From: Blepharisma stoltei ATCC 30299 | Taxonomy: Eukaryota > Protista > Ciliophora | DNA: 64,000 nt | Reading direction: 5' to 3' | Assembly (NCBI GenBank): GCA_965603825.1 | Contig: CBFDEM010000058.1 | Coordinates: 124,001 to 188,000 of the forward strand | Shown: in pieces, positions 37,940 through 50,517 of the stretch | How positions within the stretch are numbered: position 1 is the stretch's first letter | How the letters are laid out: each line of letters starts with the position of its first letter | Notes under the pieces: model-generated | Told to the model about the DNA's origin: nothing | The model's database searches: none | Seen by the model: only the letters and a program-made list of their open reading frames with translations | Program-made: the position numbers and the translations under genes

Positions 37940-38388
37940 TTAATTGCTACTAAAATTGAGTTACATAATTTAAGCCTAAATAAATGTGTTTTAATCACTC
38001 ATCATTTTATTATAGGCTCCTCGTAATTCACTCTATACATTTGACCATTAAATGCATGCTTAGTGTTAGTTTATCGAAAATTATTAATATTTTCTAAAAC
38101 AACTAAATTTTCTCCTATCAAAAATTCAGATAAAAATCAAGCACCTTATTATGCGTTTTTTATAGCTTTTTACCTCAATGATTATGGATAATTGAATATT
38201 TAATTAAACCATTAATTTTCTTATAAAATAAATTTCATCTAAACAACTCAGCCTCACCTACAGATGACTGGATATTATTATATAATAAAATCACCAATAA
38301 ATTTCTCTAACCGCGATAAGATGGTATCATCTTTAATTCAAAACCCTGAAACCCACAATTTTTCTTATCAATTTTTTCACATTAATAA

Positions 38389-39570
38389 ATGGAGAGAATA
38401 GATGACCCTTGCACAGCTCCAAGGGATGGAGAAAGCCAAGAGATCTGGTCACGAGAAATAGGTGCACCTCCTTTTTCCTTATTGATAGGTTCTCCATACG
38501 ACATCGAATGCCCACCTCCTACATATTTATCGATCAACCATCTAAATCGGTCTCGGCTAGCTGATAAAGCTTCACAGCTCCAAGGGTATGAAGTACAATA
38601 TGAAGGAGGTCTAAAATGTGTTGACGAAAGAGTGCTATCTAACCAACGGGGAATTATTATTGATGTAATTGCTCAGGTTTCTGCATGTCTACTCAAAGGA
38701 CAAGGAATTGTAGGACTAAGTCTTCCAATAAGACTTTTTGAGCCGAGGTCTACGTTAGAAAGACTATTAGACAGGTTTTGCTTCATGCCAGTATTTTTTG
38801 AAAATATTGGGGAATTAAATGCGATTGAGAGGTTCAAGAAAGTGATTGCGATGGCTGTAGCTGGACTTTATATTAGCCCATCACAAGAAAAGCCATTTAA
38901 CCCACTTTTAGGAGAAACTCTGCAAGCAGAATGGCCTGATGGGACAAAAGCTTATTGTGAGCATACGGTTCATCATCCTCCAATTACAAACTTTTATATA
39001 ATTTCCAAGGATTTCAAAATTCACGGAAATCTCCAATTAATTGGGAAATTTAAAAAAAATTCATTAATTGGAGGATTTCAAGGAAAAGTTAACGTAGAGT
39101 TCAATGACGGACAAATTGTCTCTTTTTCATACCCTCAATTTAGAGCAGGTGGGATTATCATGGGATCAAGAACAGTAGAATGGGAAGAGCACATGATATT
39201 CGATGATTTAACCAATAAATTCAACGCTGATATAACCTTTGGCGCTGTTAGAAGAAAAGGGCTATTTAAAAAAGCAATTGGAAAGATTGATGATTTCAGA
39301 GGGCAATTAAAAATAAATGACCAAGAAGTAGGGAAAATTGAAGGAAATTGGCTCAGAAATTTGAGTATCGATGATGTAGAGCTTTGGAATATAGACCGAC
39401 ATTTACCTGTTTTTCATTTTTTCCCTGTCAACCCGCTACCGAGTGATTGAAGATATAGAGAAGACTTAGTGTGACTTTCTAGAGGAAATTCAGAGATTGC
39501 TCAGAAATGGAAATATAAAATAGAAAATAGGCAAAGAGCTGATAGAAAACTTAGGGGCTTGAAGTATTAA
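38389..39570 (+). CDS. Oxysterol-binding protein (short ORD-only form), 393 aa
   Basis: SLPIRLFEPRSTLER, KPFNPLLGET, EHTVHHPP; tail PSDW(TGA)RYREDL...ENRQRADRKLR. Confidence 0.93.
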
Positions 39571-39912
39571 TAATCGTTAATTTAGAGAGTTTTCTATAAT
39601 GCCTTCTGTAATTTTTTGAGCATATTTTTCTTATTGTTTATTTCTGGTTATAATTAGTATTTTCAAAAATCATAAGTAAAACGTTTTTTTATTTGCCACA
39701 TAAACCATTTTGGATACTATCACAATAGCGAACCTTATTAAATCATATAATCTAATATCTTTGATTTTGATTAGTATGTCGCGCTGCCTTTATAATATAA
39801 TAGAAAATTAAAACCCAAATAAATGTAGAGTTTTCAATAAATTACGAGTAAAATGTGAAATAAAAAGTCAGTTTGGACCATTTTTATAATAAAAATAATT
39901 TCGGTCGCCACG

Positions 39913-40200
39913 ATGAACAACAACGAAATAAGTGAAAAATTTGTAAATGATTGGGTATCGGAAACAAAAAATGAGCTTCATCTTATTATCAAGGATAAGA
40001 ACTCCTACTACAATTTTGATTTTTATAACGAGAAGAAAGACGATAACTCGAATGGAAGATTTGAGTGGCCGCAAGACTGTCCGATCCTAGACAGTGATAT
40101 CGAAAAAGATAATTCTGCAAACAAGCGTAAACAAAATAGAAAGATTTCTGGACTAAATTTTTCGGATATAGCACGCAATTTTGAGAATTTTTGCAAGTAA
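39913..40200 (+). CDS. Putative Cip/Kip-KRP-type CDK inhibitor
   Basis: YYNFDFYNEK...GRFEW resembles the CDI motif (KYNFDxxxxxPLxGRYEW). Confidence 0.6.
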   Translation: MNNNEISEKFVNDWVSETKNELHLIIKDKNSYYNFDFYNEKKDDNSNGRFEWPQDCPILDSDIEKDNSANKRKQNRKISGLNFSDIARNFENFCK

Positions 40201-42526
40201 AAGAGCAAAAATTATAAATTATAATTAAAAAAATTTTATCTTTTCTAAAAAAAAATCGATTTCTGTCAGACAAATAAAATCCATTTTGTTAGATTTTTCT
40301 TATTGATTTATTACTTTTCACGCACTTTATATTAATTGGTGAATTTAATGGCGGATTTTATCGTATAATTTTTAAATTTTCCAAGATTATTGTGTGCTTA
40401 CTTGATATATGTTGCATTACTAGCAAATAATAAATTCAATTCTTTATTTTCTGCATGGCTCTGTTATAGCATAAGCTTAGTAGTTAAAACGTAATCAAAA
40501 CTTTATAAAAATGTCTTCCCCTAATATTTAATTATATAGCCGCTTCAAGTTTCGCTCTCATCGATTTTTATTAGTGAATGCATTTTATTCTTTATAAAGT
40601 TTAATTAATAACCACTTCATATATTAAAAGAGCAATAATTTTTTTATTCCTCAAAATAACCAATTATTCTAATTTGCTTACTTGGAATAATTCTTCTTGG
40701 CAAAACTTGGAAAATTTATCAAAGGATTTGATAGGAAAAATTTAGAAAATGTTCATTTAAGACTGAAACTTTATTAATGCTTCAAATTCCGTTAAGTCTT
40801 CACTATTCTTGTGAATCTATGCTTGAAATAAGAATTCCATGGCTGCAGCTTAGAAGTCATCCAGTTGAAATAAATCTCCAAAGATATTTTCAATAATTAT
40901 CCCTCAACAGAAGAATGCATGAAATTGCTGTGAAGATGGAAAAATTTTGCCTAAATAAGAACATATAGCAGCAAATGAGCTGAGGTCTAATCAATTACGA
41001 GAATAAGCAACTCTTTAGGCAGAGGAAGAATTGAAGCAAAAGTTTATCTTAAGAATTTGAAAGTCACGATTAAGATATACATTTTTGTTTCCTAAAATTA
41101 ATATAAATATTTTTTATTTTTTATATTTTTTAAAAAATTTAAATTTTATTTTTGAACGCAATATGGACGGGAGATGTTTTTAAAGTGGACTTATTTTGAA
41201 AAAGTTCAATTTTATGCTGCAAATCAATATTGTAATAAAGAATATACTGATAGACAGAATGAAGACAGTGCTAGAAATTGATATATATAATAGAGTCGGA
41301 TTTGGGGTATATTGAAAAAATGACAGTAGCAAAATATTGAGTTAATTAAGCTCATTAAATTATAGATGCTTTAAAAAAGCGAGGATATGAGTGTAAAAAT
41401 AATGATTATTTAATATTGCTAGCAAATATAAATAGTTAACGCCACAACACAAATGATCAACAATCGAGACTTAGCACAACAAACCAAGATATTCAATATG
41501 CAGCTATGCCTGAAATCTACACAAATTTTCATCAAAACAATTTTCACGATTGTTTAAAGTCTGTACTATTTCACTGAGTATAATAAATTCATACTTAAAA
41601 CGCAACTCGCTAGGAAAGATATAAATAGATTAAGCTATTAGAAACTGCAGTCAAAGCAAGAAAGTTTAAAGAATATTACGAACTTAAAATCCTATTAGAG
41701 AAAATAAATAGAAATTACTTGCACTTAGCCCCACAGAAGGAAACCTTTGAACATTTCTATTTCGTACTACTTTCTAAAAGTTTCGAAATGAAGAAAAAAA
41801 ATGAATGTCTTATATATCAGGTGAATTGAAACAACTCATGAAAAAGATGCTTATGAACAGATTTTTGGCAAAAGCATACAAAAATTGCAGACGTGTTATA
41901 TCCTTTTACCCTATTATCGGTTAGAGATATTATCAGTTTCTTTTGAAATTTAATTTGTACGCATTTTGAAGATAATCCTGATAGGCCATAAGATACGTCG
42001 ACTATTGCGAATATTGAGATAAACTTTAAGAAATAAGTTTATATTTAGCAGCCATTTTGAGGATCATGATTTTTTGCATATAAAATATTAGGGGGTTTTG
42101 ATTTAAATGCTAGAGCAAGGAATATAATGATCTTCTCTTTATCGCTTCTCTTATATTCTCAAGATGCAATAAGTTTCACATCTATAAGAATAAACATTAA
42201 AAATCCTCATTACCCTTACCCCCCATCCTGCACCTCATAGTTGATTTAAGCGACATTAATATCGTAAACAAGCATTGAATTAGCACAAATTGAGGGGACG
42301 AAGTAAGTCTTAGCATATATACGATTTTTATGAAAGCGTCTATATAAGCAGTATCAAGATATTGCTCATAAACTTGACTTTCTTCTTACCTTGAAAAGGC
42401 ATGATTTGCTGATTTGCAACAATTAAAATGAAGTATTGATAATATTTCATTATAAGAGGAATATTTTTAATCACAAAAGCGCAAACTATTTTTAAATAAT
42501 TTTTACTAAATTTGAAGCTGATTAAA

Positions 42527-43105
42527 TTATTCTTTTTCTCTTTCCAGCTTAATGTCAACTCCAAGCTTATTTTCAAGCTGCTTAACTTTATCCTTTAATA
42601 GCTGGAAATTAACCAATTCTGATATTTTAATTGTCCCTTCCATTCTGAACAAAGTTGTTCCTCCCATAGGTGCAGGCTCGTTAGAGGTGATCATATTTTC
42701 AATATTTGCTCCAACCCCGCTTAAATATTGGGAAACAGTATAGACAATTCCAGGAGAATCAGCGCCTTCTAGCTCGATTTTCACATTGTAAGCTTCATGA
42801 GTATTGGTTTTTGGGATAATCGCCTCATTGCAGCTGAGATGGAGGCCAAGAGACTCTTTGGCTTGAGAAAGCTTGTCTCTGAAGGCAGAAATGCGGTGAC
42901 TTGGAAATTCAACTAGCATCATCACGGCAAAATCGCCGCCGAGTTTACTCATTTTCGAGTCCATTAGGTTTCCTTCTTCTTCATATATAATTTCTGTTAG
43001 GTCTTTGACTATTCCTATTCTGTCTCTGCCTGCACCTGTAACCACAACTTTTTTCTTGCCAAGAGAACTAAAAAGTCTTATGGAATGAGAGATATTTCTT
43101 AGCAT
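42527..43105 (-). CDS. Tandem ACT-domain protein, GcvR-like, with mitochondrial-type presequence
   Basis: TGAGRDRIGIV...GNLMDSKMSKLGGDFAVMMLV and EGADSPGIVYTVS...GANIENM; N-terminus MLRNISHSIRLFSS. Confidence 0.85.
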   Translation of the reverse strand: MLRNISHSIRLFSSLGKKKVVVTGAGRDRIGIVKDLTEIIYEEEGNLMDSKMSKLGGDFAVMMLVEFPSHRISAFRDKLSQAKESLGLHLSCNEAIIPKTNTHEAYNVKIELEGADSPGIVYTVSQYLSGVGANIENMITSNEPAPMGGTTLFRMEGTIKISELVNFQLLKDKVKQLENKLGVDIKLEREKE

Positions 43106-43130
43106 TTATTATTGTTGAATTTATAATCAA

Positions 43131-43601
43131 TTAATTTTTATTCTCAAGCATTTGCATCCTAAGCTCTCTTCTGAAATTCTTCTCATCAAAAATAGGAGTT
43201 AAGCTATATTCTTTGCCAGGAAGCAGCGATATTTGGGCAGCAAGTGATAGATCAGCATGGCTTAATCCGCCAAGTACTGTAGTTGTGAGCTCGATTCTTA
43301 AGACTTCTTTTTTCATGATGTACATGTTTGGCGTTTGTTTTAGGATATTATTTGAGTCCAGTTTAGCCACTTCAAGTACAAATCCTGCAGCTTGAAGATA
43401 GTTTTTAAAATACCATGAGTGTGTAAGCATTGTGAAGTTTTCATTTGGCCTTCAGTATTTAAGCTGCTCGCCAGAGTTTTTAAGAAATTCTATAATATAT
43501 TCTTTAGATAAGGGTTGTCCATTTTGGCCATATGGGCAGCACTTTTCACCTGCAACCCTGCTTAGAGATTTCCCAAAAAATGAAAAGCCTCTCACTGCCA
43601 T
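43131..43601 (-). CDS. Pterin-4-alpha-carbinolamine dehydratase-like protein, 156 aa
   Basis: Extends through TGA to ATG 43601. WYFKNYLQAAGFVLEVA...IELTTTVLGGLSHADLSLAAQI follows the PCD fold pattern. Confidence 0.7.
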
Positions 43602-44978
43602 GAAATATATTAAAGTTCAATATCTAAAAAATTAAAACATAGATGATAAAAATCTCTGATAATAGCAAAAATCAAATTTATATAAAGAATATTGCTCAAA
43701 AAATGCAAATCCTAAAATAGAGTATCATCAAGGAAATAATGCTAGTAAAATAATTATTTTTCACTTATAAGCATAAAAATTGCTAGATATATTTAGAATA
43801 AGCCAATATACAGCATAGAAATTATCATTTAGAACCCAATAAATCAATTTTGCAAGAGTGTTTATCATTTTCTAAGTACTAACAATATAATTAATTTTAT
43901 TTCTAATTGGCTTATAATTTCATTTCTAATCGTTTTATAACGTTTTATCAGTTATTTGAGTAAAATATACAACCAGAATGAAATAGTAATTATGCTTTTT
44001 AAACTCAAAATTCTTTTATATAGAAATAATTTGGTATCTATCCTCTCCATGGGGAATACATAAACTAAAGCTTACAAAAATATAATTCTCTTTTATTCTC
44101 TATGTTATACAAAATGAAAAACATCGAGAAAAGTATTTATTAATATGTACTTTGCTTATATTAGTAAAATTTTATATAAAGGCTGAAGCTGGCTAATTAA
44201 AAATCACATGATAACCTTCATAAAATTCATAATTAAAGCTCTAAACTCTACCTATTTCATATAAGAAATAAAAGCTAAACCTAGATTAAAAAGTATTCCT
44301 TATAAAATAATAATAAGTATATCTTAAATTTTTAATAAATCTAAATACTAGGAGAAATTAAACCTAAAATATTTCAAATTAGTTATACCAGTGAAAATTT
44401 TCGCTTGAAATTAAACTTAAAATTTAAATGAATATGAGGCTCATAAAGAAAATGGACAATCAGATAGGTAATTTTTTGGAAAATTCTAGGCTATGTATTG
44501 AAAGCCTTAGCAAAGGTAAATTCTATTGATTTCACTTAAGCTCTAAATTCAAATAACAAATTTTTGTTATTTATTGAATTGAGTCATGAATTAAACCTTT
44601 CCAATATTATTACCTACAGATAAAGGAAATCTTCCTCGTCCAAACATAATTGCCAATTGACTTTATCACACTCGGTAATATTTTCACAAGGAGCTCAAAT
44701 AAAATTGATATGCATTTACTATTAACCAAACTTTAGTAGATATCGACAGAGCACGCGAAATTAAGCTCTAAATGTTTTAAGTGAAAATAAGAGAATTCAA
44801 CTTTTATGAAACAGTTTTTTTTTAAGGGTAAAGTTAAATTCAAAGGAAAGCAAGCAATTTTGAATCCATTAAGTTGTTGATATTACATATTTATAATTTT
44901 TGGGTTAATATTTAGACATTATCACTGAATTTTTTAACTTAAACTTATCTATTATATGGTTCGTATTAATTATTAATT

Positions 44979-45698
44979 ATGAAACTATCCAATTCAGTAG
45001 CTGCAACAGAAACATCAGTTAATGCAAATGGGGTTTCGACCGGCGGTCCTTTCCCTCTAAGGCTTCCAATGCATCCAGCTCTGATGAGCAATGTAAAAGC
45101 AGAAGACGAAGGCTGCATAAATGACATGATTCTTCAGCAAAGTGAAAGCCTACAGCAAATTTTTATGCAAACTCAGCGATTGATGGCAGAAGTAGACCAA
45201 GTGTCCGACCACCTAAAAACCATGAATAAGACTTCCCAAACACAAAAAAGTATAGACGAAAGAGCCAGAGAAATTTCGGTCATGAAAGATCTGAAAGCTC
45301 TTTATGAAAGCCCGAATTCGCCATTTTCAATAAAACTATCCTACCCGATAGGTCAAATTTTTTACAAGAATAAGCCATTCCAATTAAAACTTAGAATTTC
45401 TGAAAAGTCTGGGGAGGAAATTGGAAGAGTGAGTCTAGTTGTTAAAGTCTTTGCCTATGAAAGCCCAATTAAAGAAATCGTTCACTCTTACAAGGGTGAA
45501 GCGATATTGATAAACGGAAGGGCAAAAGAAGTGGATGGCCATGAAATTATCAAATTCAAAAGAATTTGCTTCACAGAAGTCTCAAAAAAATACCCCAGTG
45601 AAAAATTTATATTAGTAGTTCTAGCACTTGGGAGAAATGATATTGCGCCATTAATTATTGATGGGATACAAGTAAAATCTCGATCACCTAGAGCATAA
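44979..45698 (+). CDS. Hypothetical protein with a possible CBP60-like Ig-fold DNA-binding domain
   Basis: C-terminal KGEAILING...FKRICFTEVSKKYPSEKFILVV...IQVKSR. Confidence 0.7.
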   Translation: MKLSNSVAATETSVNANGVSTGGPFPLRLPMHPALMSNVKAEDEGCINDMILQQSESLQQIFMQTQRLMAEVDQVSDHLKTMNKTSQTQKSIDERAREISVMKDLKALYESPNSPFSIKLSYPIGQIFYKNKPFQLKLRISEKSGEEIGRVSLVVKVFAYESPIKEIVHSYKGEAILINGRAKEVDGHEIIKFKRICFTEVSKKYPSEKFILVVLALGRNDIAPLIIDGIQVKSRSPRA

Positions 45699-46603
45699 TG
45701 ATTATTTATTATCTTTTAATTTGAGACTTGGATAGAATTATGAATAAATATGAAAAAAAAAATTTAAAAAATAGATATTAGAGGCAAAATATTTTTCTAA
45801 TTAAATCTAAACTATCTATGATAAGTTGCTAAATTTCTTGGTTAAATATGTAGATTTTTTATCAAAGCTTAAAATATTTTTTATATCATTTATGAGCAAT
45901 GTTTTTAATTTATGTTTAGCCCATATTTCTTATATGATCTTAGTAGTATTTAGTGATTTAATTATAGCAGCTACGGAAGAGCCCATTATATGAGGTTTAA
46001 TTAGACAAATTTCAGTTTTGAGTAAATTTTTTACTATTGTAAGCAAAGTACAAATATAGTAGAATGCCTTGCTGGATATTACGTTTTGAATTTCAATGAT
46101 AATAAAAGAGAGAATCATTTTTTAGTATGTTCTTGTTTAGATATTCAACATAGGGAGAATAGATGCCAAGCAATTTTGTGCGAGAGAATGCTAAAGCTTG
46201 TAAAGCATAATTATTAATTCATTTTCGGATGCATATTTTTGTTTAAATAACTGGCGTGAAAGGTATGAGTCAATTATAAATATAAATAAGGTAAAAAGAT
46301 AAATATAAATTTATGACTAAATCACACTAGATACCCATATTTTATATTTGACAATAATTGTCTTAAAAAATGATTAACGATGTCTCAAATATTTTTCTCT
46401 TTCAAGAAAATCTCAGTTTTCTAAACCATTCCTTTGAATTTTCTCAGAAATTATCAAATTTTCTATCACAAAAAATTTCCTGTCTCTTTAGCAAAAATCC
46501 TTTCAAAACTAAATTTTCCTCAAATAAAATATTTTGTCAACTTACCTATCTCCTTTAAAATGCCATGCCTAAATACTAGGTAAATGGGGTCTTACAATAT
46601 TTA

Positions 46604-47188
46604 ATGAAAACAAGGCAAAATTCCCTTCATCCGACTTATATATCAACCAGGAAATTTGAAATAAAAGCAAGTCAAACTGAAATTGTAGGAGATCTCCAGC
46701 AGATGATCGGCTCAATCCCTGACATTTCTTTACCGAAGAAGAACAAATCCCAGCCATTTTCGCCAGCCGATTTTCCCAAGCGTCAAAAACTAAAGCGAGC
46801 CACAAAGGCACCGTCACCCCCTCCTGCAGTCCCTGAGGACGCAATTGGAATTTTGGGCTTTGCTTCCTTTCTGGTTGAAGCTGAGGCTCAATCTCAAATT
46901 CCAGCTCCAGTGAAACAGCCCAAGAAAACACAGAAACCAGCCACAAAGCAAGTAAAAAAACAAGCTGTTTCAGAGAAGCCTCAAGTAAAAGCACAGGTTT
47001 CCTATATTCCCAGAAATTTTGGGATGTATATGAATTACGTACCTAGAATTATTTTCCCTCAAGCATTCAAACAGGTGTCGCTAGCCTCTGGAAATCTTCC
47101 AAGAGCCGCGAATCACTTAAAAATCGCATTTTATATCAACAAACTCGCAAAAGTCGAAAAATCACGGCCAGTGCCAGCCGAGTGTTAA
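46604..47188 (+). CDS. Low-complexity hypothetical protein
   Basis: 194-aa K/P/Q-rich ORF with higher GC than its flanks. Confidence 0.7.
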   Translation: MKTRQNSLHPTYISTRKFEIKASQTEIVGDLQQMIGSIPDISLPKKNKSQPFSPADFPKRQKLKRATKAPSPPPAVPEDAIGILGFASFLVEAEAQSQIPAPVKQPKKTQKPATKQVKKQAVSEKPQVKAQVSYIPRNFGMYMNYVPRIIFPQAFKQVSLASGNLPRAANHLKIAFYINKLAKVEKSRPVPAEC

Positions 47189-47226
47189 AAGGTTTTTAAT
47201 TGTTAATTTTTGGTTTTTTAGATAAA

Positions 47227-47883
47227 TTAAGCCTGAGCTCTATTTCTAATAGCTTCTACGTCTTCTCCAGCTGCTTTTAATTTCGCGATGCCTTCTTCAA
47301 GAACTTGTGTTGCAAGAGATTTTAAAAAGGGGTCAAATTCACAGTAGTCTAAAAGGTAACGATTTTGAAAAAGCATATCTTTTTCTTTTGGGAGCCAAGT
47401 TTCTATAGGGTCTTGATTATGCTGAATAAAAGCTTCAATTTTGTCCAGGGCTTTTACGAATTTTCCTTCATAGGTGTTTTGGTTGTGGTATTCTTGGTAG
47501 AGGCTTAAAAGGTACTGAGCCTTTTCAGGGTCTTCTAGCTTGTTAGTAAGCTCAATCATAGCGGCTAATTCAAGCTCAGCCCTTTCAGATCTGGTTGCTA
47601 AATTTTGGTGAATCACAGGGAGATCTCCAGCAATTACTTCAGGTAAATCGTGGATAGCAGCCATAAGAACACATTTAAAAACATCAACAGGCTGTGAAAG
47701 ACGTGGACTATATAAGTAAGGCATTAGAGAAAGCCTCCAAGAGTGGTCAGCTACACTTTCTTGTGGGCCATTTAGTCCTGTAGGCCAGCTATGTCTTCTT
47801 TCTGTTTTTAATTTTCCAATTAATTCCAGTCACCTGAGCTCTGGGAAATTTAAAGCATTTTCTGGTAAAAATTCTGGCTGCAT
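47227..47883 (-). CDS. HD-domain phosphohydrolase (HD_3 / 5'-deoxynucleotidase-like), 218 aa
   Basis: LKTERRHSW...ESVADHSWRLSLM, IHDLPEVIAGD and KALDKIEAFIQHN; extends through TGA to ATG 47883. Confidence 0.9.
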
Positions 47884-47931
47884 GATTCTATAATTTTTTA
47901 GGCACTTTTACCATTTAATTTTCTTAAAATA

Positions 47932-50517
47932 TTAAGGCGTTTCTGCGTCTAATTGGTCTAAAGCATCAATAATCTGTCCAAATGTAGGCCGACGGGCTGG
48001 ATTTGCATCCCAAGCCGCCCTTATGATATCTTTAATCATTTCTGGGCAAGTAGAAGGTATCCCGCTTAAATTTGGTCTTTCCCCTCTCAGCACTTTTACA
48101 GGTATCGCCATCGGGTTTACATCTTTATAAGGGATTTCTCTTGCAGCTACCTCCCACATGACAATTGCAAATGAATAAACGTCTGCAGAGAGAGCATAAG
48201 GCTGATTATTTATGACTTCTGGAGCCATCCAATGGCAAGTTCCCATCTGTCCTGTCATTTGTTCAGTATTATCATACATTCTAGTAACTCCAAAATCAGT
48301 GATTTTTATTTGAATTTTATCATTAGGCGAGTTTACTTCTTCAAGAAGTAACAAATTCAAGCTTTTTAGGTCTCTGTGCAGCAGTGGTGGGTCGTTTACA
48401 TGTAAATAATGCATCCCTCTGGCTACGTCTCTTAAAATTTTCAGCTTTTGTTTCCATGTAAGCATGATATTTTTCCTTTCATGAAGCAGCTTAAATAGAG
48501 TATCTCCGCCACAGAATTCTGAAACAATAATCATCTGGGGCTCTGAGCAAGCGCCCATAAAGAGAATTAAATTAGGGTGTCTTAGAAGCATCATAGCGGT
48601 CACTTCACGTTCAAATTCTTTTTCAAGAGATTGCCCAGGCATTGATTTTATCATTTTGATAGCGACAGGAGTTTTTTTGAATAGTCCTTTATAGACAGTG
48701 CAGCTTGCCCCAGAGCCTAAAATTTTTTCAAGTTTTAATTCTTCTGGCTTAATTATTCATCTTTTTTCTACTATGCTGGGCTTTTGATTTTGAATAGGTG
48801 GAGTAGAAGGAAATAAAGGGATTTGGTCAGGAATCATTAAATTTACTTGTGGCCGAGATGGAGACAGATTGTTTTGCATCATATTCGGATTCATTTGTGG
48901 GTTTTGAGGAATAAGGATTTGAGGAGATTTAGAAGTTTGAGAATGAATTTTTCTGATTTCTTGCTTTGGAGCTTGGAGGAGGTCAGGTGATTTTTGGTTA
49001 GTGAGGTTTGCAATTCTTTGGAATAGCTGGGTATATGTATTTACTTCTATTGGATGCTGCTCTGCAATTGGTTTTAAGCTTATATTAATAATTGCTGATA
49101 GTCTTTGGCATTCTTCTATAAGCTGCATAGTTAAAAAGTTCATAATTCGATTTAAATTTGTGACTCCAAAATAAAGCCCTTCACAAACTCTAATAAGTTT
49201 AGCCAAATACTCCAGAACTACATGAATATGCTGCGTTTGGATATTTTTCTTCCAATTCCCTGGAGATCCAGTCTGCTGGTGTATTCCTATTTTTTCCAAA
49301 AGAACCCTACACATCTGCCTCACCAGTCCACAATAATAATCACAATGATATGCATCTCTATTATCTTTCTGTTTATTTGTCCATTTCCCTAATAATCCAG
49401 TTAAGATTTCCCTTAGGCTTTGATTATTGACACTAGCCTCAATAGGACCAGAAATCATATATCTATGCAGAACCACCAATTCTTTTATTGCAACAATAGT
49501 CAAAGAATTATCAATATTTTTTAATAAATTAAAAAATTTTGATATAGAGTCTGGCTTTATATAAGCAGATAAGAAAACTTTGTGAAGCAAAAATAGATCA
49601 GGTGGATTTTCTGTAAGCGAAAATAAGTTTTCAAGGCAGTATTTAATTGAAGATTTCAAGGAGTAATAAGGAATTTTTTGGTGGCTTGATCCTGAGTTAA
49701 ATGCTAAATTAGCTGGCATTTTTCAGTTATTTACCATATTAAGCAGCAGCCGAGGAGAAATTCTTTCTTTAGGAACAGGCTCTAAGCAGAGGTTTAAGAT
49801 TTCTCTTAATAATTCGGATCTATCAGGCTTGTCAGCACTGTCTACTTTATTATTAAAAGGCATCTCTCTGTACATCATAAAATGTAACAAACATCCGAGT
49901 CCCCAGGTATCCATTTTCCCCAAGTCTAACTCACTCTGGAAATCAGGTGGCCTATAGTCTGGGTGTGTAAATTTTTCGACATTTCCCAGCACAATTGCCA
50001 TAGCTGGTGCTGCTTTAGCTTCTTCAAATTTAAGGGAGCTTCCAAAATCACATAATTTGAATCTAAAATCCCCAGTCACTAATACGTTTTTTGGTGATAT
50101 ATCTCTGTGTATTATCCCATTCTCCTGCAGCTTAATTAGAGCAGAAATAATGTCTTTCAATACAAATAAAATTTGGTCATCAGTAAGGTTTTGAGTTTCC
50201 ATCAGCTTGCATAGATTTCCTCTTGAGCAATGTTCAAGCTTCAATATGCCTACTTGTGGAAGCTCTTGCAAAAGCATGCAATCATATAGGGAAATTATAT
50301 TAGGATGTGAACCTATCTGTCGGAGAACTGTAGATTCTTTTAAAAACACTTCTTGGAAATGTGACATGTAAATTGTTGTACATTTTATTGCAAATTGGCT
50401 CCCTTGGTGGCTGCCGAGATATATTGATGAGTATGAAGTCCGAGATAATAAAGACTCAATTGTGATAGAACCTGATTCGAAGTTTATTGTTCGCCCTAAA
50501 AGTCTATCAGCGTACAT
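47932..50517 (-). CDS. Dual protein kinase: NAK-like kinase, ANTH/ENTH-like domain, TKL kinase, 861 aa
   Basis: Three track ORFs in one frame linked by TGA. HRDISPKN/LCDFGS; IVAIKELVVLHRYMISGP; RW(TGA)IIKPEEL...LGSGAS, HRDLKSLN and GTCHWMAPE. Confidence 0.85.

Noticed and set aside
40700-42000. Coding-like fragments in the longest intergenic region, faintly MULE-transposase-like
   Set aside because: Multiple stops, no convincing DDE motif, and no terminal inverted repeats or target-site duplication found by eye.
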